Assembly (NCBI GenBank): GCA_031458695.1
Contig: JAVKJW010000019.1
Location: forward strand, 1-43,914
Reading direction: 5' to 3'
Origin: Candidatus Thermofontivivens primus
GTDB taxonomy: Bacteria; Sysuimicrobiota; Sysuimicrobiia; Sysuimicrobiales; Thermofontiviventaceae
DNA: 43,914 nt
The notes beneath the pieces were generated by a model. That model was given only the letters and a program-made list of their open reading frames with translations, had not been told where the DNA came from and did no database searches. Positions within the stretch are counted from its first letter, which is position 1, and every line of letters starts with the position of its first letter. Positions 1 to 8,760 of this stretch are shown here, one piece after another. Both the position numbers and the translations under genes were made by a program.

Positions 1-2
1 AG

Positions 3-1175
3 GGGTTTCGGGTTCTCGGATTAGCCAGCAAACCTGTCCCCAAACAGCAAGCATATAGCCAGAACGATGAGTCTGGGCTTACCTTCGAAGGATTCTTGCT
101 CTTCTTCGATCCCCCCAAACCTGGGGTGAAGGAGGTGATCTCTGATCTTGCGAGGCTGGGGGTGCAGATCGTCATCATTTCGGGAGACAATAAGCTCGTG
201 GCTTCCCACGTGGCGGAAGCGATAGGTCTCGATATCACCGGAACACTTACTGGTTCAGAGCTTCATCAGCTCGCTGATGAGGCACTTTGGCAGGTGGCCC
301 GCCGGACCAACCTGTACGCGGAGGTGGATCCGAACCAGAAAGAACGGATCATCCGGGCCCTGCAGAAAACAGGACATGTGGTCGGGTACATGGGAGATGG
401 GATCAACGACGCACCCGCGCTTCATACGGCAGACGTAGGGATCTCCGTGGAGAATGCCGTGGATGTCGCCAAGGAGGCCGCGGAATTCGTGCTGCTGAAA
501 AAAGATCTCTCCGTGCTCCATGAAGGGATCGTACAGGGGCGAAGGACCTTTGCAAACACCCTCAAGTATGTCTTCATGGCCACAAGCGCCAACTTCGGCA
601 ATATGTTCAGCATGGCGGGCGCATCGTTCTTCGTCCCCTTCCTCCCCATGCTCCCCAAGCAGATCCTGCTCATCAATTTCCTCACCGATCTCCCAGAGAT
701 GACGATCGCGGGTGATCGCGTGGACGAGGTTTTTGTCGAGCGGCCGCACCGGTGGGACATCCCGTTCATCCGCCGGTTCATGCTCCTGTTCGGCCCGCTC
801 AGCTCGGTGTTTGACTACATCACCTTTGGCGTCCTCCTTTGGCTTCTCCGGGAAACTCCGGCCTTGTTCCGGACGGGCTGGTTCGTAGAGTCGATCCTTT
901 CGGCCATCCTGGCCGTGCTCTCTTTAAGGACGCGTGGACCCCTCTTCCACAGCCGACCCAGCCAAGCGTTGCTCGTTGCCACGGCGGCGGTCGGGCTCAC
1001 CACGTTAGCCCTCCCTTACCTGCCAGGGGCCAGACTCCTTGGGTTCGCTCCCCTCCCCTTCCCTCTCATGCTTGGGATGGGAGGGATTGCAGCCGGTTAC
1101 CTGGTCGCGGCGGAACTCGTCAAGCGCTGGTTCTATCAGCACCTCCCTGTGGAAGCCACCCCCTCAAAACCCTGA
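3..1175 (+). CDS. mgtA: Mg2+-transporting P-type ATPase (MgtA/MgtB-like), C-terminal part; 5' end lies outside the window
   Basis: Open frame from base 3 (GFRVLGLA...FFDPPK). P-type motifs SGDN, P.QK and MGDGINDAPAL..ADVGIS. The SANFGNMFS and FLPMLPKQILLINFLTD segments are typical of type IIIB Mg-ATPases. Confidence 0.85.
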   Translation, partial: GFRVLGLASKPVPKQQAYSQNDESGLTFEGFLLFFDPPKPGVKEVISDLARLGVQIVIISGDNKLVASHVAEAIGLDITGTLTGSELHQLADEALWQVARRTNLYAEVDPNQKERIIRALQKTGHVVGYMGDGINDAPALHTADVGISVENAVDVAKEAAEFVLLKKDLSVLHEGIVQGRRTFANTLKYVFMATSANFGNMFSMAGASFFVPFLPMLPKQILLINFLTDLPEMTIAGDRVDEVFVERPHRWDIPFIRRFMLLFGPLSSVFDYITFGVLLWLLRETPALFRTGWFVESILSAILAVLSLRTRGPLFHSRPSQALLVATAAVGLTTLALPYLPGARLLGFAPLPFPLMLGMGGIAAGYLVAAELVKRWFYQHLPVEATPSKP

Positions 1176-1188
1176 AGCGGAAGGGTCG

Positions 1189-1215
1189 GGAACTTCTCCT
1201 ACCCCTCCAGCGCTT
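1189..1215 (+). promoter_or_regulatory. Possible ECF-sigma promoter (GGAAC-N17-CGCT) upstream of the secreted protein/ECF operon
   Basis: GGAACTT at 1189-1195 matches the ECF -35 consensus. The -10 match (CGCT versus CGTT) is imperfect. Confidence 0.35.
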
Positions 1216-1251
1216 GCCATCGTGGAAAACATCTTGAAGGGAGGGAACGCA

Positions 1252-1626
1252 ATGAAGCGATGGATGGTTCTTGCCTTGATGGGGGTCCTTGTCCTGACCC
1301 TCAACGCCTTCGGATTCGCCGCAGCCCCGGCCAAGGCCAAAGCCGCGGCCCGGCCTGCGGCTGCCACGTTCACAGTGGAGGGGAAGGTCATGGAGGTCTC
1401 CGCGGGGTCTTTCCAGCTCTCGGTAACCAAGGTCTTGAGGGGCGCTGGGATCAAAGTTGGCGATAAGATCCAGATCAAGGAGGCCGCGCGGTTCCGCGTC
1501 CTGCAGAAGGGGAAGCGTGTCGCGCTGAGTGCCCTCAAGGCCGATGAGACCGTCCGGGTCACGGGCAGGATCCTCGTGAAGGGGAAGGTATCCACGTACG
1601 AAGGGACAACGGTCACGATCCTGTAG
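1252..1626 (+). CDS. Secreted hypothetical protein: signal peptide, Ala/Pro/Lys linker and a small basic beta-rich (OB-fold-like) domain
   Basis: SD GGGAGGG, then ATG 1252 (MKRWMVLALMGVLVLTLNAFGFAAA). The beta-strand pattern TVEGKVMEV...LKADETVRVTG is OB-like. Confidence 0.7.
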   Translation: MKRWMVLALMGVLVLTLNAFGFAAAPAKAKAAARPAAATFTVEGKVMEVSAGSFQLSVTKVLRGAGIKVGDKIQIKEAARFRVLQKGKRVALSALKADETVRVTGRILVKGKVSTYEGTTVTIL

Positions 1627-1632
1627 TACACT

Positions 1633-1661
1633 GGAGGGGGGCGGGCCCACCGCCCCCCTCC
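1633..1661. terminator. 12-bp perfect GC hairpin between the secreted protein gene and the ECF sigma gene
   Basis: GGAGGGGGGCGG-GCCCA-CCGCCCCCCTCC followed by TTCCTT (weak U-tract). Confidence 0.5.
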
Positions 1662-1680
1662 TTCCTTGGTGAGGGAACGC

Positions 1681-2268
1681 ATGGAAGAATCGAGCACAAT
1701 TCCTGTAGCAAACTCCATGCAGGGAGCGGACGAGAGAACGCCAGCAGACCAGTTTGCGACACTCTTCGCCGAGAACTGGCAGCGCCTCTACCGGTTCGCC
1801 TACCACCTCACGCGCAGCAGGGAGGAGGCAGAGGAACTGGTGCAACAGGCTGCGGAGGAAGCACTGAGAGCCTTTCCCCGGTTCCGCCCAGGTACACGCT
1901 TCGACCGGTGGTTGATGCGAATCCTGTATACTTCTTTCATTGACCAAGTCCGGAGAGAACGGCGGAGGAAGCTGTTTGCGCTGGATACCGTTCCCCCCTC
2001 CCTCCTCCAGGCGGGGATCTCCTCGGATCCCGAGGCCGCCGTGGAGAAGTCGCTGGATGGACCTGTGCGCCAGGCTCTGGACGCCTTGCCCCCAGAATTC
2101 CGGGCAGTGGTGGTCCTCGTGGATATCGAGGGATTGTCCTATGAAGAGGCGGCAGATGTGCTGGAGTGCCCTATCGGTACCGTCCGTTCACGACTCCACC
2201 GCGGGCGCCTAGCCCTGCGGGAATGGCTGAGACCTTACGTGGACGCGCTGAAGCGTGGTGACCTGTGA
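1681..2268 (+). CDS. ECF (sigma-70 group IV) RNA polymerase sigma factor
   Basis: Region 2 (LYRFAYHLT...AEELVQ...FDRWLMRI) and region 4 (LPPEFRAVVVLVDIEGLSYEEAADVLECPIGTVRSRLHRGR). Start chosen after GAGGGA. Confidence 0.93.
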   Translation: MEESSTIPVANSMQGADERTPADQFATLFAENWQRLYRFAYHLTRSREEAEELVQQAAEEALRAFPRFRPGTRFDRWLMRILYTSFIDQVRRERRRKLFALDTVPPSLLQAGISSDPEAAVEKSLDGPVRQALDALPPEFRAVVVLVDIEGLSYEEAADVLECPIGTVRSRLHRGRLALREWLRPYVDALKRGDL

Positions 2269-2738
2269 TGCAAAAACACCCGTCCGACAGACTCACCGCC
2301 TATGTGGACGGAGAACTCACACAAGAGGAAGCTGCGGAGATCGCGGCACACCTCGCGGAGTGCGCGCACTGCCGAGAGGTTGTCTCTGACCTCCGCGCCG
2401 TGCAAATGCTCCTGCGCTCGTTGCCCGAGCCTTCCCCGGACCCGTCCCTCCTCCTACAGACGCGGGCCCGGCTTGAATCTATCCACGCCCAGAAACCCAG
2501 CCTCCCGAGGTGGCTCATTGCCGGTGCCGTTGCCGTTGCAGTCGCCGCCTTCGTGGCCCTGCTTCCTCTCTCCCCTCCGCCGGGGGCGCACGAGCTTGGC
2601 GCCATCTGGCACTTCCGGCACCACGCGCAGCTCGCCTCGATCCATCCCTTAAGCGATGTGACGCTCGCTTCTTACCTGAGCAGCCCTCTTCCTTACGACA
2701 CCCTTGAAGAAGCCGTCCTCTCCAGGGAGGGGCCGTGA
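2268..2738 (+). CDS. Zinc-binding anti-sigma factor (zf-HC2/ZAS) with one transmembrane helix
   Basis: LTAYVDGEL...HLAECAHC motif, TM helix WLIAGAVAVAVAAFVALL, and TGATG translational coupling with the sigma gene. Confidence 0.88.
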   Translation: MQKHPSDRLTAYVDGELTQEEAAEIAAHLAECAHCREVVSDLRAVQMLLRSLPEPSPDPSLLLQTRARLESIHAQKPSLPRWLIAGAVAVAVAAFVALLPLSPPPGAHELGAIWHFRHHAQLASIHPLSDVTLASYLSSPLPYDTLEEAVLSREGP

Positions 2739-3916
2739 TCCGCGTTCTGGCGACAGGGATCTTGCTGGTTATCCTTGTGCTCCCGCAGGCAGCCCGAGCC
2801 GCACCATCTCCCCTGGTCCGCGCCGTCCGGGCCCAGGCAGAGGTGGCCTATCAAGGAGAGCAAATCGTGATGACCTGGCTTGGCAGCACCGTGGATGTTG
2901 CGCTCGTCAAGATCCAACATGACCCTGCCAGCCAGACCCAGCTCGCGTATACGCCACTCGGGTCCTCCCGGCGCCTGAACGTTCTCTTCCAAGACGAGAC
3001 AGAGATCCGCTACGATCCCACACGGCAAAGAGGGACACGCACGGCCAGAGTGGCCTTCGGCGATCAGCTCGATGAGGTGTTCCTCGAAACACACCTCCCC
3101 CTCCTCCAGGCTAACTATCGCATCTCTGTATCCCCTGGGAGGTTCCTAGGGCGCAACGTTGAAATCGTTGTCCTCTCCCCGATCTCTCGCGACCGTCCAA
3201 CCCGGCGGATGGCGATCGACCAGGAGACCGGTGTCATCCTGCGCTCCGAGCGGATCCGCCAGGACGGGCGATTGGTTCAGGCGACTGTATTCCTCTCTTT
3301 TCAGGTCATGCCCAGGGGATGGTTGAAAGAGATGCGGCCCCCGGCCAATATCTACCTGCGAGAAATCCCCCCACCGCGCTGGGTGACCCTGGAAGAAGCG
3401 GCCAAGCGGCTTGGGGACAAACCCGTTCCTATAGTCCCACCAGAAGGGTTCAAGCCCATCGCATATTACCTCACCTCTGGTCGCGAGCCCGTCCTTCAGG
3501 AGGTATATATAGACGGGCTCAGCGTGCTCCTCGTCACGTACCGCCGCGGCACCCTTCCCCACCCGCCGAGGGGGAGCCACATCGTGCGTGGGAAGACCGG
3601 TCCAATTTGGGCGCTTCCCATGGGGCTGCGGAACCTGGTCCACTGGTCATACAGAGGCTGGCTGATCACAATGGTAGGGGAGGTGACCATGGAAAGCCTC
3701 GTGCGCTCTGCCGAGCGTACAGGTGTTGCGCCATCTCCCCGGGTCTGGGACCGCATCTTGAGTTGGTTCAGGGACTTGCGCGGGTTTTTGCGGAGCCATC
3801 TTGAGGAGTCGGGACAGGCGTACATGATCCTCACCGCATGGCGTTTTGCTTCACCTTCTCAACCTCGCCCTCATTCAACCTATCCAAGAACCCTGGGCGA
3901 AAATCCTCAAAACTAG
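2735..3916 (+). CDS. Exported RseB/MucB-like (LolA-fold) sigma-factor regulatory protein
   Basis: Signal peptide ending AARA. The segment FLGRNVEIVVLSP...RRMAIDQETGVILRSE resembles the MucB/RseB N-domain. Third gene of the ECF triad, with GTGA overlap. The last ~40 residues look non-conserved. Confidence 0.65.
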   Translation: MIRVLATGILLVILVLPQAARAAPSPLVRAVRAQAEVAYQGEQIVMTWLGSTVDVALVKIQHDPASQTQLAYTPLGSSRRLNVLFQDETEIRYDPTRQRGTRTARVAFGDQLDEVFLETHLPLLQANYRISVSPGRFLGRNVEIVVLSPISRDRPTRRMAIDQETGVILRSERIRQDGRLVQATVFLSFQVMPRGWLKEMRPPANIYLREIPPPRWVTLEEAAKRLGDKPVPIVPPEGFKPIAYYLTSGREPVLQEVYIDGLSVLLVTYRRGTLPHPPRGSHIVRGKTGPIWALPMGLRNLVHWSYRGWLITMVGEVTMESLVRSAERTGVAPSPRVWDRILSWFRDLRGFLRSHLEESGQAYMILTAWRFASPSQPRPHSTYPRTLGENPQN

Positions 3917-4008
3917 ACGTGATGGCCCCGAGAACAACGATCCTCCCTCCAAGCGGGCGTCGATGTCCGCAGGAGTGAAATCCGCCCCGCTTTCTGGCGA
4001 TGAGATCG

Positions 4009-4064
4009 TTGACAAACAAGATGCGAAGGAATATATTAGGAAAGGCTAATTTAGATAGGGCTAA
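4009..4064 (+). promoter_or_regulatory. Sigma-70 promoter of mntH overlapped by two tandem DtxR/MntR-type boxes
   Basis: TTGACA (4009-4014), 17 bp, TATATT (4032-4037). Boxes TTAG-GAAAGG-CTAA (4036-4049) and TTAG-ATAGGG-CTAA (4051-4064). Confidence 0.75.
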
Positions 4065-4075
4065 TAGCGGACCCG

Positions 4076-5383
4076 ATGAACATGATTCGACAACTCACAG
4101 ATGGCACTACAGAGCTCACACCCTCCCACACTGTATGGGAGACGATTTCCAGCCGTTGGCGTCGATCCGGGTTGCGGGAACTTTTGCCCTTCCTAGGGCC
4201 CGCGTTTCTCGTGAGTGTGGGTTACATGGACCCGGGGAACTGGGGGACCGACATCGAGGGCGGTGCCCGGTTCGGCTACCAGCTCCTCTGGGTCATCCTC
4301 CTCAGCAACATCATGGCGATCTTCCTCCAGTCTTTGTCAGCAAAGCTCGGCATTGTCAGCAACCGCACCCTGGCCGAAAACTGCCGGATCCACTACCCGC
4401 GGCCCCTTTCCATCTTCCTCTGGATCACCGCGGAGTTTGCCGCCATGGCCACAGACCTTGCCGAGTTCCTCGGCGCAGCTCTAGGTTTCTACCTTCTCTT
4501 CGGCATCCCCCTCTTTCCTGCAGCGCTCCTGGCAGGAGCGGTGGTGTTCTTAACCCTCAACCTTTATCGCTATGGCTACCGGGTGGTGGAGTACGTAATC
4601 CTGGGCTACGTCTCCATTATTGGATTGGCCTATGTCCTGGAAGTCTACCTCTCCAGCCCGGAGTGGACACAGATCGTCTACCATACCGTCGTCCCGCGCA
4701 TCAACTCGGAAAGCATCCTGGTGGCCGTGGGGATCCTCGGGGCAACGGTGATGCCCCACAACCTGTACCTCCATTCTGGCCTTGTCCAGAGCCGTCTGAT
4801 CAACGGCAGCCGCATCCAGAATTCCAAGCACGTCCGGTTCGCCATCGCCGATTCCATCATTGGGCTGAACATGGCCTTCTTTATCAACGCCGCCATCCTC
4901 ATCATGTCCGCAGCCGTGTTCAACCGCCATGGTATCGCCGTTGCCTCAATCGAAGAAGCGCACAATACGCTGCGTCCCCTCCTTGGGGAGCTTTCCGCCG
5001 GGGCATTCGCCGTGGCCCTTCTCTGCTCGGGCCTCTCCTCCTCCACCACCGGGACCCTCGCCGGCCAGATGATCTTCGAGGGCTTCCTGAACCTCAGAAT
5101 CCCCCTGTGGTTCCGGCGCGCCGTGACCATGATCCCCGCCCTTATTGTGATCGCCTTGGGGTGGGACCCGTTGAAGATCCTCGTGCTCAGCCAGGTCTCC
5201 CTGAGCCTGCAACTCCCCTTCGCCGTGGTCCCCCTCATCCACTTCACCAGCAGCAGGAAGATCCTTGGAGATTATGCCAACCGGCCCCTCACAGTAGTTC
5301 TGGCCATCCTCGCTGCCCTTGTGATCATCGGCCTGAACGGCCTTCTTCTCTTCCAGGTCTTCGGCGGCCAGTTCAGCTTGTAG
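4076..5383 (+). CDS. mntH: NRAMP family divalent metal (Mn2+/Fe2+) transporter
   Basis: Signature motifs YMDPGNW and GATVMPHNLYLHS, plus GTLAGQ and LSQV.LSLQLPFA. About 11 TM helices. Confidence 0.95.
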   Translation: MNMIRQLTDGTTELTPSHTVWETISSRWRRSGLRELLPFLGPAFLVSVGYMDPGNWGTDIEGGARFGYQLLWVILLSNIMAIFLQSLSAKLGIVSNRTLAENCRIHYPRPLSIFLWITAEFAAMATDLAEFLGAALGFYLLFGIPLFPAALLAGAVVFLTLNLYRYGYRVVEYVILGYVSIIGLAYVLEVYLSSPEWTQIVYHTVVPRINSESILVAVGILGATVMPHNLYLHSGLVQSRLINGSRIQNSKHVRFAIADSIIGLNMAFFINAAILIMSAAVFNRHGIAVASIEEAHNTLRPLLGELSAGAFAVALLCSGLSSSTTGTLAGQMIFEGFLNLRIPLWFRRAVTMIPALIVIALGWDPLKILVLSQVSLSLQLPFAVVPLIHFTSSRKILGDYANRPLTVVLAILAALVIIGLNGLLLFQVFGGQFSL

Positions 5384-5458
5384 GAGAACCCAAAAACCAC
5401 TCAAGGTAAAGATCGAGGCCATCGGCTTTGTAGGTCGTGGCTATAAGGCCCACCGACC

Positions 5459-5513
5459 TTGCACCGCGGGCTGGAGGGTAATATACTCTTAGAAGAATAC
5501 GAAATCCTGTATC
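5459..5513 (+). promoter_or_regulatory. Promoter of the ArsR-family gene with a downstream palindromic operator
   Basis: TTGCAC (5459-5464), 17 bp, TATACT (5482-5487). Operator ATACG-AAATCC-TGTAT at 5497-5512. Confidence 0.7.
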
Positions 5514-5524
5514 GGAGGGTCGCC

Positions 5525-5923
5525 ATGGGGTCGGCGCAATTCATGACAGCTCCATTCGTCCTGCCGAACCTTTCTGATCTTGTCCTGACAGCCAAGTTCT
5601 TTCGTGCTTTGGGCGATCCGACGAGGCTGCGCATCCTCCAGGAAGTCATGGACGAGGAGAAAAACGTCTCCGAGCTGGTGAAGATCACAGGCTCACCCCA
5701 GGGACGGGTTTCCAGCCACCTCGCCTGTTTGCGCTGGTGTGGATATGTCACCACCCGCCAGGAGGGACGGAACGTCTTCTACCGAGTGACGGACCCGCGG
5801 GTGCGAAAGCTTCTGGAGATCGCTTCCCAGTTGGTTCAGGATAACATAGATCGGATCCGGACCTGCACGATCATTGACCGCCGGAGATCTGTGAGGGGGC
5901 GGCGCAAGTTGGGTACGCGCTAA
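5525..5923 (+). CDS. ArsR/SmtB family metal-sensing repressor, CmtR-like (alpha4C cysteines)
   Basis: FFRALGDPTRLRIL...VSSHLACLRWCGYV...EGRNVFY, with a further C-terminal Cys (IRTCTII). SD GGAGGG before ATG 5525. Confidence 0.9.
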   Translation: MGSAQFMTAPFVLPNLSDLVLTAKFFRALGDPTRLRILQEVMDEEKNVSELVKITGSPQGRVSSHLACLRWCGYVTTRQEGRNVFYRVTDPRVRKLLEIASQLVQDNIDRIRTCTIIDRRRSVRGRRKLGTR

Positions 5924-6000
5924 TACACCGTGTTTCTTCCCTCTCCTCGATCAACCCTGCCTCTAGTCTGGAAAGTGCAAGAGACAGGCTACAGCAGTCG

Positions 6001-7410
6001 TTATTCCACGCAGCAGCTCATCTTGGTGATGTCCCGACGAAAGGCCTGGGCGGCCAGCTTGATGCCCTCGCTGAGGGTGGGGAAGACGTGTACTGTGTCG
6101 ATGATGTCGTCGATGGTGAGACCAAACTTCACTGCCAAGGTTGCCTCGTGGATGAGATCTGCCGCCATTGGCGCTACGATGTGCACTCCCAGGACCTGCC
6201 CGGTCTGCGGGTGGGCCACCATCTTGATGAGCCCCCTCGTCTCCTTGATCGCCTTCGCCTTGGGGACCTGCGAAATGCGGACGGTGCGGCAACTGCAGGT
6301 TCCGAGTCGGTGCATCATCTCCTCCTCGGTCAGCCCCACCCTGGCTACCTGGGGATTCGTGAACACGGCCTGGGGGACATGGTCATAGTTGATGGACTTC
6401 TGGGACCCGGTCAGAGCATTCTCCGCGGCGAGGTTCCCCTCCTTTGCCGCCACGGTCTCCAGCTGCATCCTCCCCACAACATCGCCCGCGGCGTAAATGT
6501 GCGGGACGGTCGTCTGGAGCCAGTCCGTCACCTTCACGAATCCTCCGCTGGTGAGCTCCACTCCCACATCTTCCAGCCCCAGTCCTTGCGTGTTCGGAGA
6601 GACTCCTGCGGCAAGTAAGAGGTGCGTCGCACGCAAGGTCCGGTGGCCGCGCTCCAGCCTCACCTCCAGAACCTTGGTTCCGTCAGGTTCCTGGGAGGTC
6701 TTTTCGACGGTAGCGCCCGTGAAAATGGTGATCCCTTCCTCCTCCAGGCAGCGTTGGAGTTCTTCGGCCACTTCCGGCTCGTGGCGCGGGAGGATCTGAT
6801 CCATCACCTCGACCACCGTTACCTCTGTCCCGAAATGGTGAAACATCTGGGCGAACTCAAGTCCAAGCGGCCCTCCGCCGATCACCACGAGGGACTTCGG
6901 AAGTTCTTGGAGGGCCAAGGCGCTACGGTTGTCCAGCCAGTCTACTTGGTTAAGGCCTGGGATAGGCAGGCGGCGTGTGGAAGAGCCTGTGGCTACGATC
7001 ATCTTCTCCCCATAGATCACATCCCCGTTGACCTCTACTTCGTGTGGCCCCCGGAAGGTAGCCCGCCCCTCGATATAGTGCACACCTCTGAGGGACTCCA
7101 GAACATCCAGGTAGTGCTCCCGGCGCAATGCCGCCACCAGCTCATCCTTCTCAGCGATGGCCTCCTTGAAGTCCAAGGGTACATGGTTTCTACCCTTGAG
7201 GGCCTTGAACCGTGGGAAACGCGGATAATAGTACTCCTCGCCGACGGTCAGGAGGTGCTTGGTGGGGATGCACCCCACATTCACACATGTCCCGCCTACC
7301 GGGAGGCCGGCGTTGACCATGACTGTCGTCGCCGAGAGCTCGGAGGCCTTTGTGGCCGCGGCAAACGCCGCCGCACCTCCTCCGATGATTACAAGGTCGT
7401 AGCGCTTCAT
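6001..7410 (-). CDS. merA: Mercuric reductase without an N-terminal NmerA domain
   Basis: FAD motif IIGGGAAA, redox disulfide [16 protein letters not shown] motif [19 protein letters not shown], and the diagnostic C-terminal vicinal cysteines (MSCCVE). SD AGGAGG before ATG 7410. Confidence 0.92.
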   Translation of the reverse strand: MKRYDLVIIGGGAAAFAAATKASELSATTVMVNAGLPVGGTCVNVGCIPTKHLLTVGEEYYYPRFPRFKALKGRNHVPLDFKEAIAEKDELVAALRREHYLDVLESLRGVHYIEGRATFRGPHEVEVNGDVIYGEKMIVATGSSTRRLPIPGLNQVDWLDNRSALALQELPKSLVVIGGGPLGLEFAQMFHHFGTEVTVVEVMDQILPRHEPEVAEELQRCLEEEGITIFTGATVEKTSQEPDGTKVLEVRLERGHRTLRATHLLLAAGVSPNTQGLGLEDVGVELTSGGFVKVTDWLQTTVPHIYAAGDVVGRMQLETVAAKEGNLAAENALTGSQKSINYDHVPQAVFTNPQVARVGLTEEEMMHRLGTCSCRTVRISQVPKAKAIKETRGLIKMVAHPQTGQVLGVHIVAPMAADLIHEATLAVKFGLTIDDIIDTVHVFPTLSEGIKLAAQAFRRDITKMSCCVE

Positions 7411-7528
7411 CAGCAATCCCTCCTTTGGCGATGTGAACGAGTACCCCGACAAAAGTAGCACCACGGGTGACGAGTCCGTACCGTGTCTTCGTTTCCTCCT
7501 ACTAGCCAGTTCCTATGCATCAGAATAT

Positions 7529-7575
7529 ATACGATAATCCGTATCTAATCTAGCGTTCCTCGATGAAACTGTCAA
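7529..7575 (-). promoter_or_regulatory. merA promoter with a palindromic operator just downstream of the -10
   Basis: On the minus strand, TTGACA (7575-7570), 17 bp, TAGATT (7552-7547). Operator ATACG-ATAATC-CGTAT at 7529-7544. Confidence 0.72.
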
Positions 7576-7656
7576 GGAGTATAAGATGATGGAGAGAGTC
7601 TTGCGCCCTTTCCAGTGTGGAGACCTCGGCGGTTCGCAGGAGCCTTGCCCCCATGC

Positions 7657-7685
7657 ATAGGGACAGGTTTGACACCCGCCCCTAC
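7657..7685 (-). repeat. GTAG-family REP-like palindrome
   Basis: The minus strand reads GTAGGGGCGGGT-GTCAA-ACCTGTCCCTAT, an imperfect hairpin with a GTAG foot. Confidence 0.6.
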
Positions 7686-7770
7686 CCTGTTCGCTCGTCA
7701 AAGGTCCTCACCGGGTTCAAGAAAAGGGGAATTACAAAGGTGGAGATCTCTGTGCGTATACCCTCGCTGT

Positions 7771-8760
7771 CTACAAGGAAAGCTGTTCCATCACCCGCCA
7801 CAGCTCGTCGCGCGGGTAGGGACGGAGGTCTTCACGCCGGTTTCCCCGGATGATCACCCGCGAGGAGGCTGTAATCTTCCCAATCGTCTGGGCGGGGATG
7901 CCTGCGCTGTGCAACGCCTGGAGGGTTTCCTCGGGTGAACGGGAGGCGATGAGAAGGGCGCCGCTACTGATCAATCCGAGGGGGTCGATCTCCAGGGCCT
8001 GACAGATCGCCTGGGTCTCTGGATAGATGGGGACTGCGTCCGCCCATAGCTCAACCCCAGTGCCTGAAGCCTCCGCCATCTCCCATACCGCGGCGAGCAC
8101 GCCACCTTCCACCACATCGTGCATGGCCGACACCCCTGTCCTAATGGCAATGCGGCCCTCGGGGATCACACTGATGTGGTCGTAGAACCGTTGAGCACGG
8201 GAGATGACGTCCTCAGGCAGATGTCTACGAAGGTCATCGGCGAAGTCCGATGCCAGGATCGCCGTCCCCTCGATGCCTGCACCCTTGGTCAAGATGAGGG
8301 TATCGCCAGGCTTTGCCCCTGATGTTGTCACGTACTCCCCTTTCCTGGCGCGGCCCAGAGCCGTCATAATGGCGAGATGCCGGTCGATCCCGGAAGTGAC
8401 CTCTGTGTGGCCACCAGCGATCTCTACACCGACCTCCTTCGCTGTTTCCCCAGCCTCCCGCATAATCGCCGCGAGCTCCTCCTCCGTAGTCCCCTCGCGG
8501 AGCAACAGCGTCAGGAGGAGAGCTACCGGTTCTGCCCCCGTTGCCGCGAGGTCATTGCACGCCACATGCACGGCAAGGCGGCCGAGATGCCTGGTCGCCC
8601 CTGTAATAGGATCCGTGGTGAGGATGCAAACATACTCCCCGAAATCGATCACCGCGCAATCTTCCCCAACCTTGGCATGAACGAGGACATCTGGCCTGGA
8701 GCCAAGGTAAGGGTAGACGAGGGTAGTAAGCAGCTCAACGGGCACCTTTCCAACCTTCAC
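7771..8760 (-). CDS. AIR synthase/PurM-superfamily ATP-dependent enzyme (HypE/ThiL-like)
   Basis: GEDCA, TTDP, ACNDLAATGAEP, IAGGHTEV, AKPGD and AMHDVVEGG motifs. Confidence 0.85.
   Translation of the reverse strand: MKVGKVPVELLTTLVYPYLGSRPDVLVHAKVGEDCAVIDFGEYVCILTTDPITGATRHLGRLAVHVACNDLAATGAEPVALLLTLLLREGTTEEELAAIMREAGETAKEVGVEIAGGHTEVTSGIDRHLAIMTALGRARKGEYVTTSGAKPGDTLILTKGAGIEGTAILASDFADDLRRHLPEDVISRAQRFYDHISVIPEGRIAIRTGVSAMHDVVEGGVLAAVWEMAEASGTGVELWADAVPIYPETQAICQALEIDPLGLISSGALLIASRSPEETLQALHSAGIPAQTIGKITASSRVIIRGNRREDLRPYPRDELWRVMEQLSL

Noticed and set aside
6001..7410. Dihydrolipoamide dehydrogenase instead of MerA
   Set aside because: It has the C-terminal CC pair and HVFPTLSE rather than the HPTxxE catalytic His of LpdA.
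7411..7500. Relic of a merP-like gene in the merA leader (orphan AGGAGG at 7500-7495 and a short hydrophobic stretch)
   Set aside because: No properly spaced start codon and no CxxC motif. The resemblance is too weak to support.
7771..8760. Possible selenophosphate synthetase (SelD) supporting the selenoprotein
   Set aside because: Same PurM superfamily, but the N-terminus (MKVGKVPVELL) lacks the Cys/Sec-x-x-Lys catalytic motif of SelD, and no in-frame TGA extension is evident.
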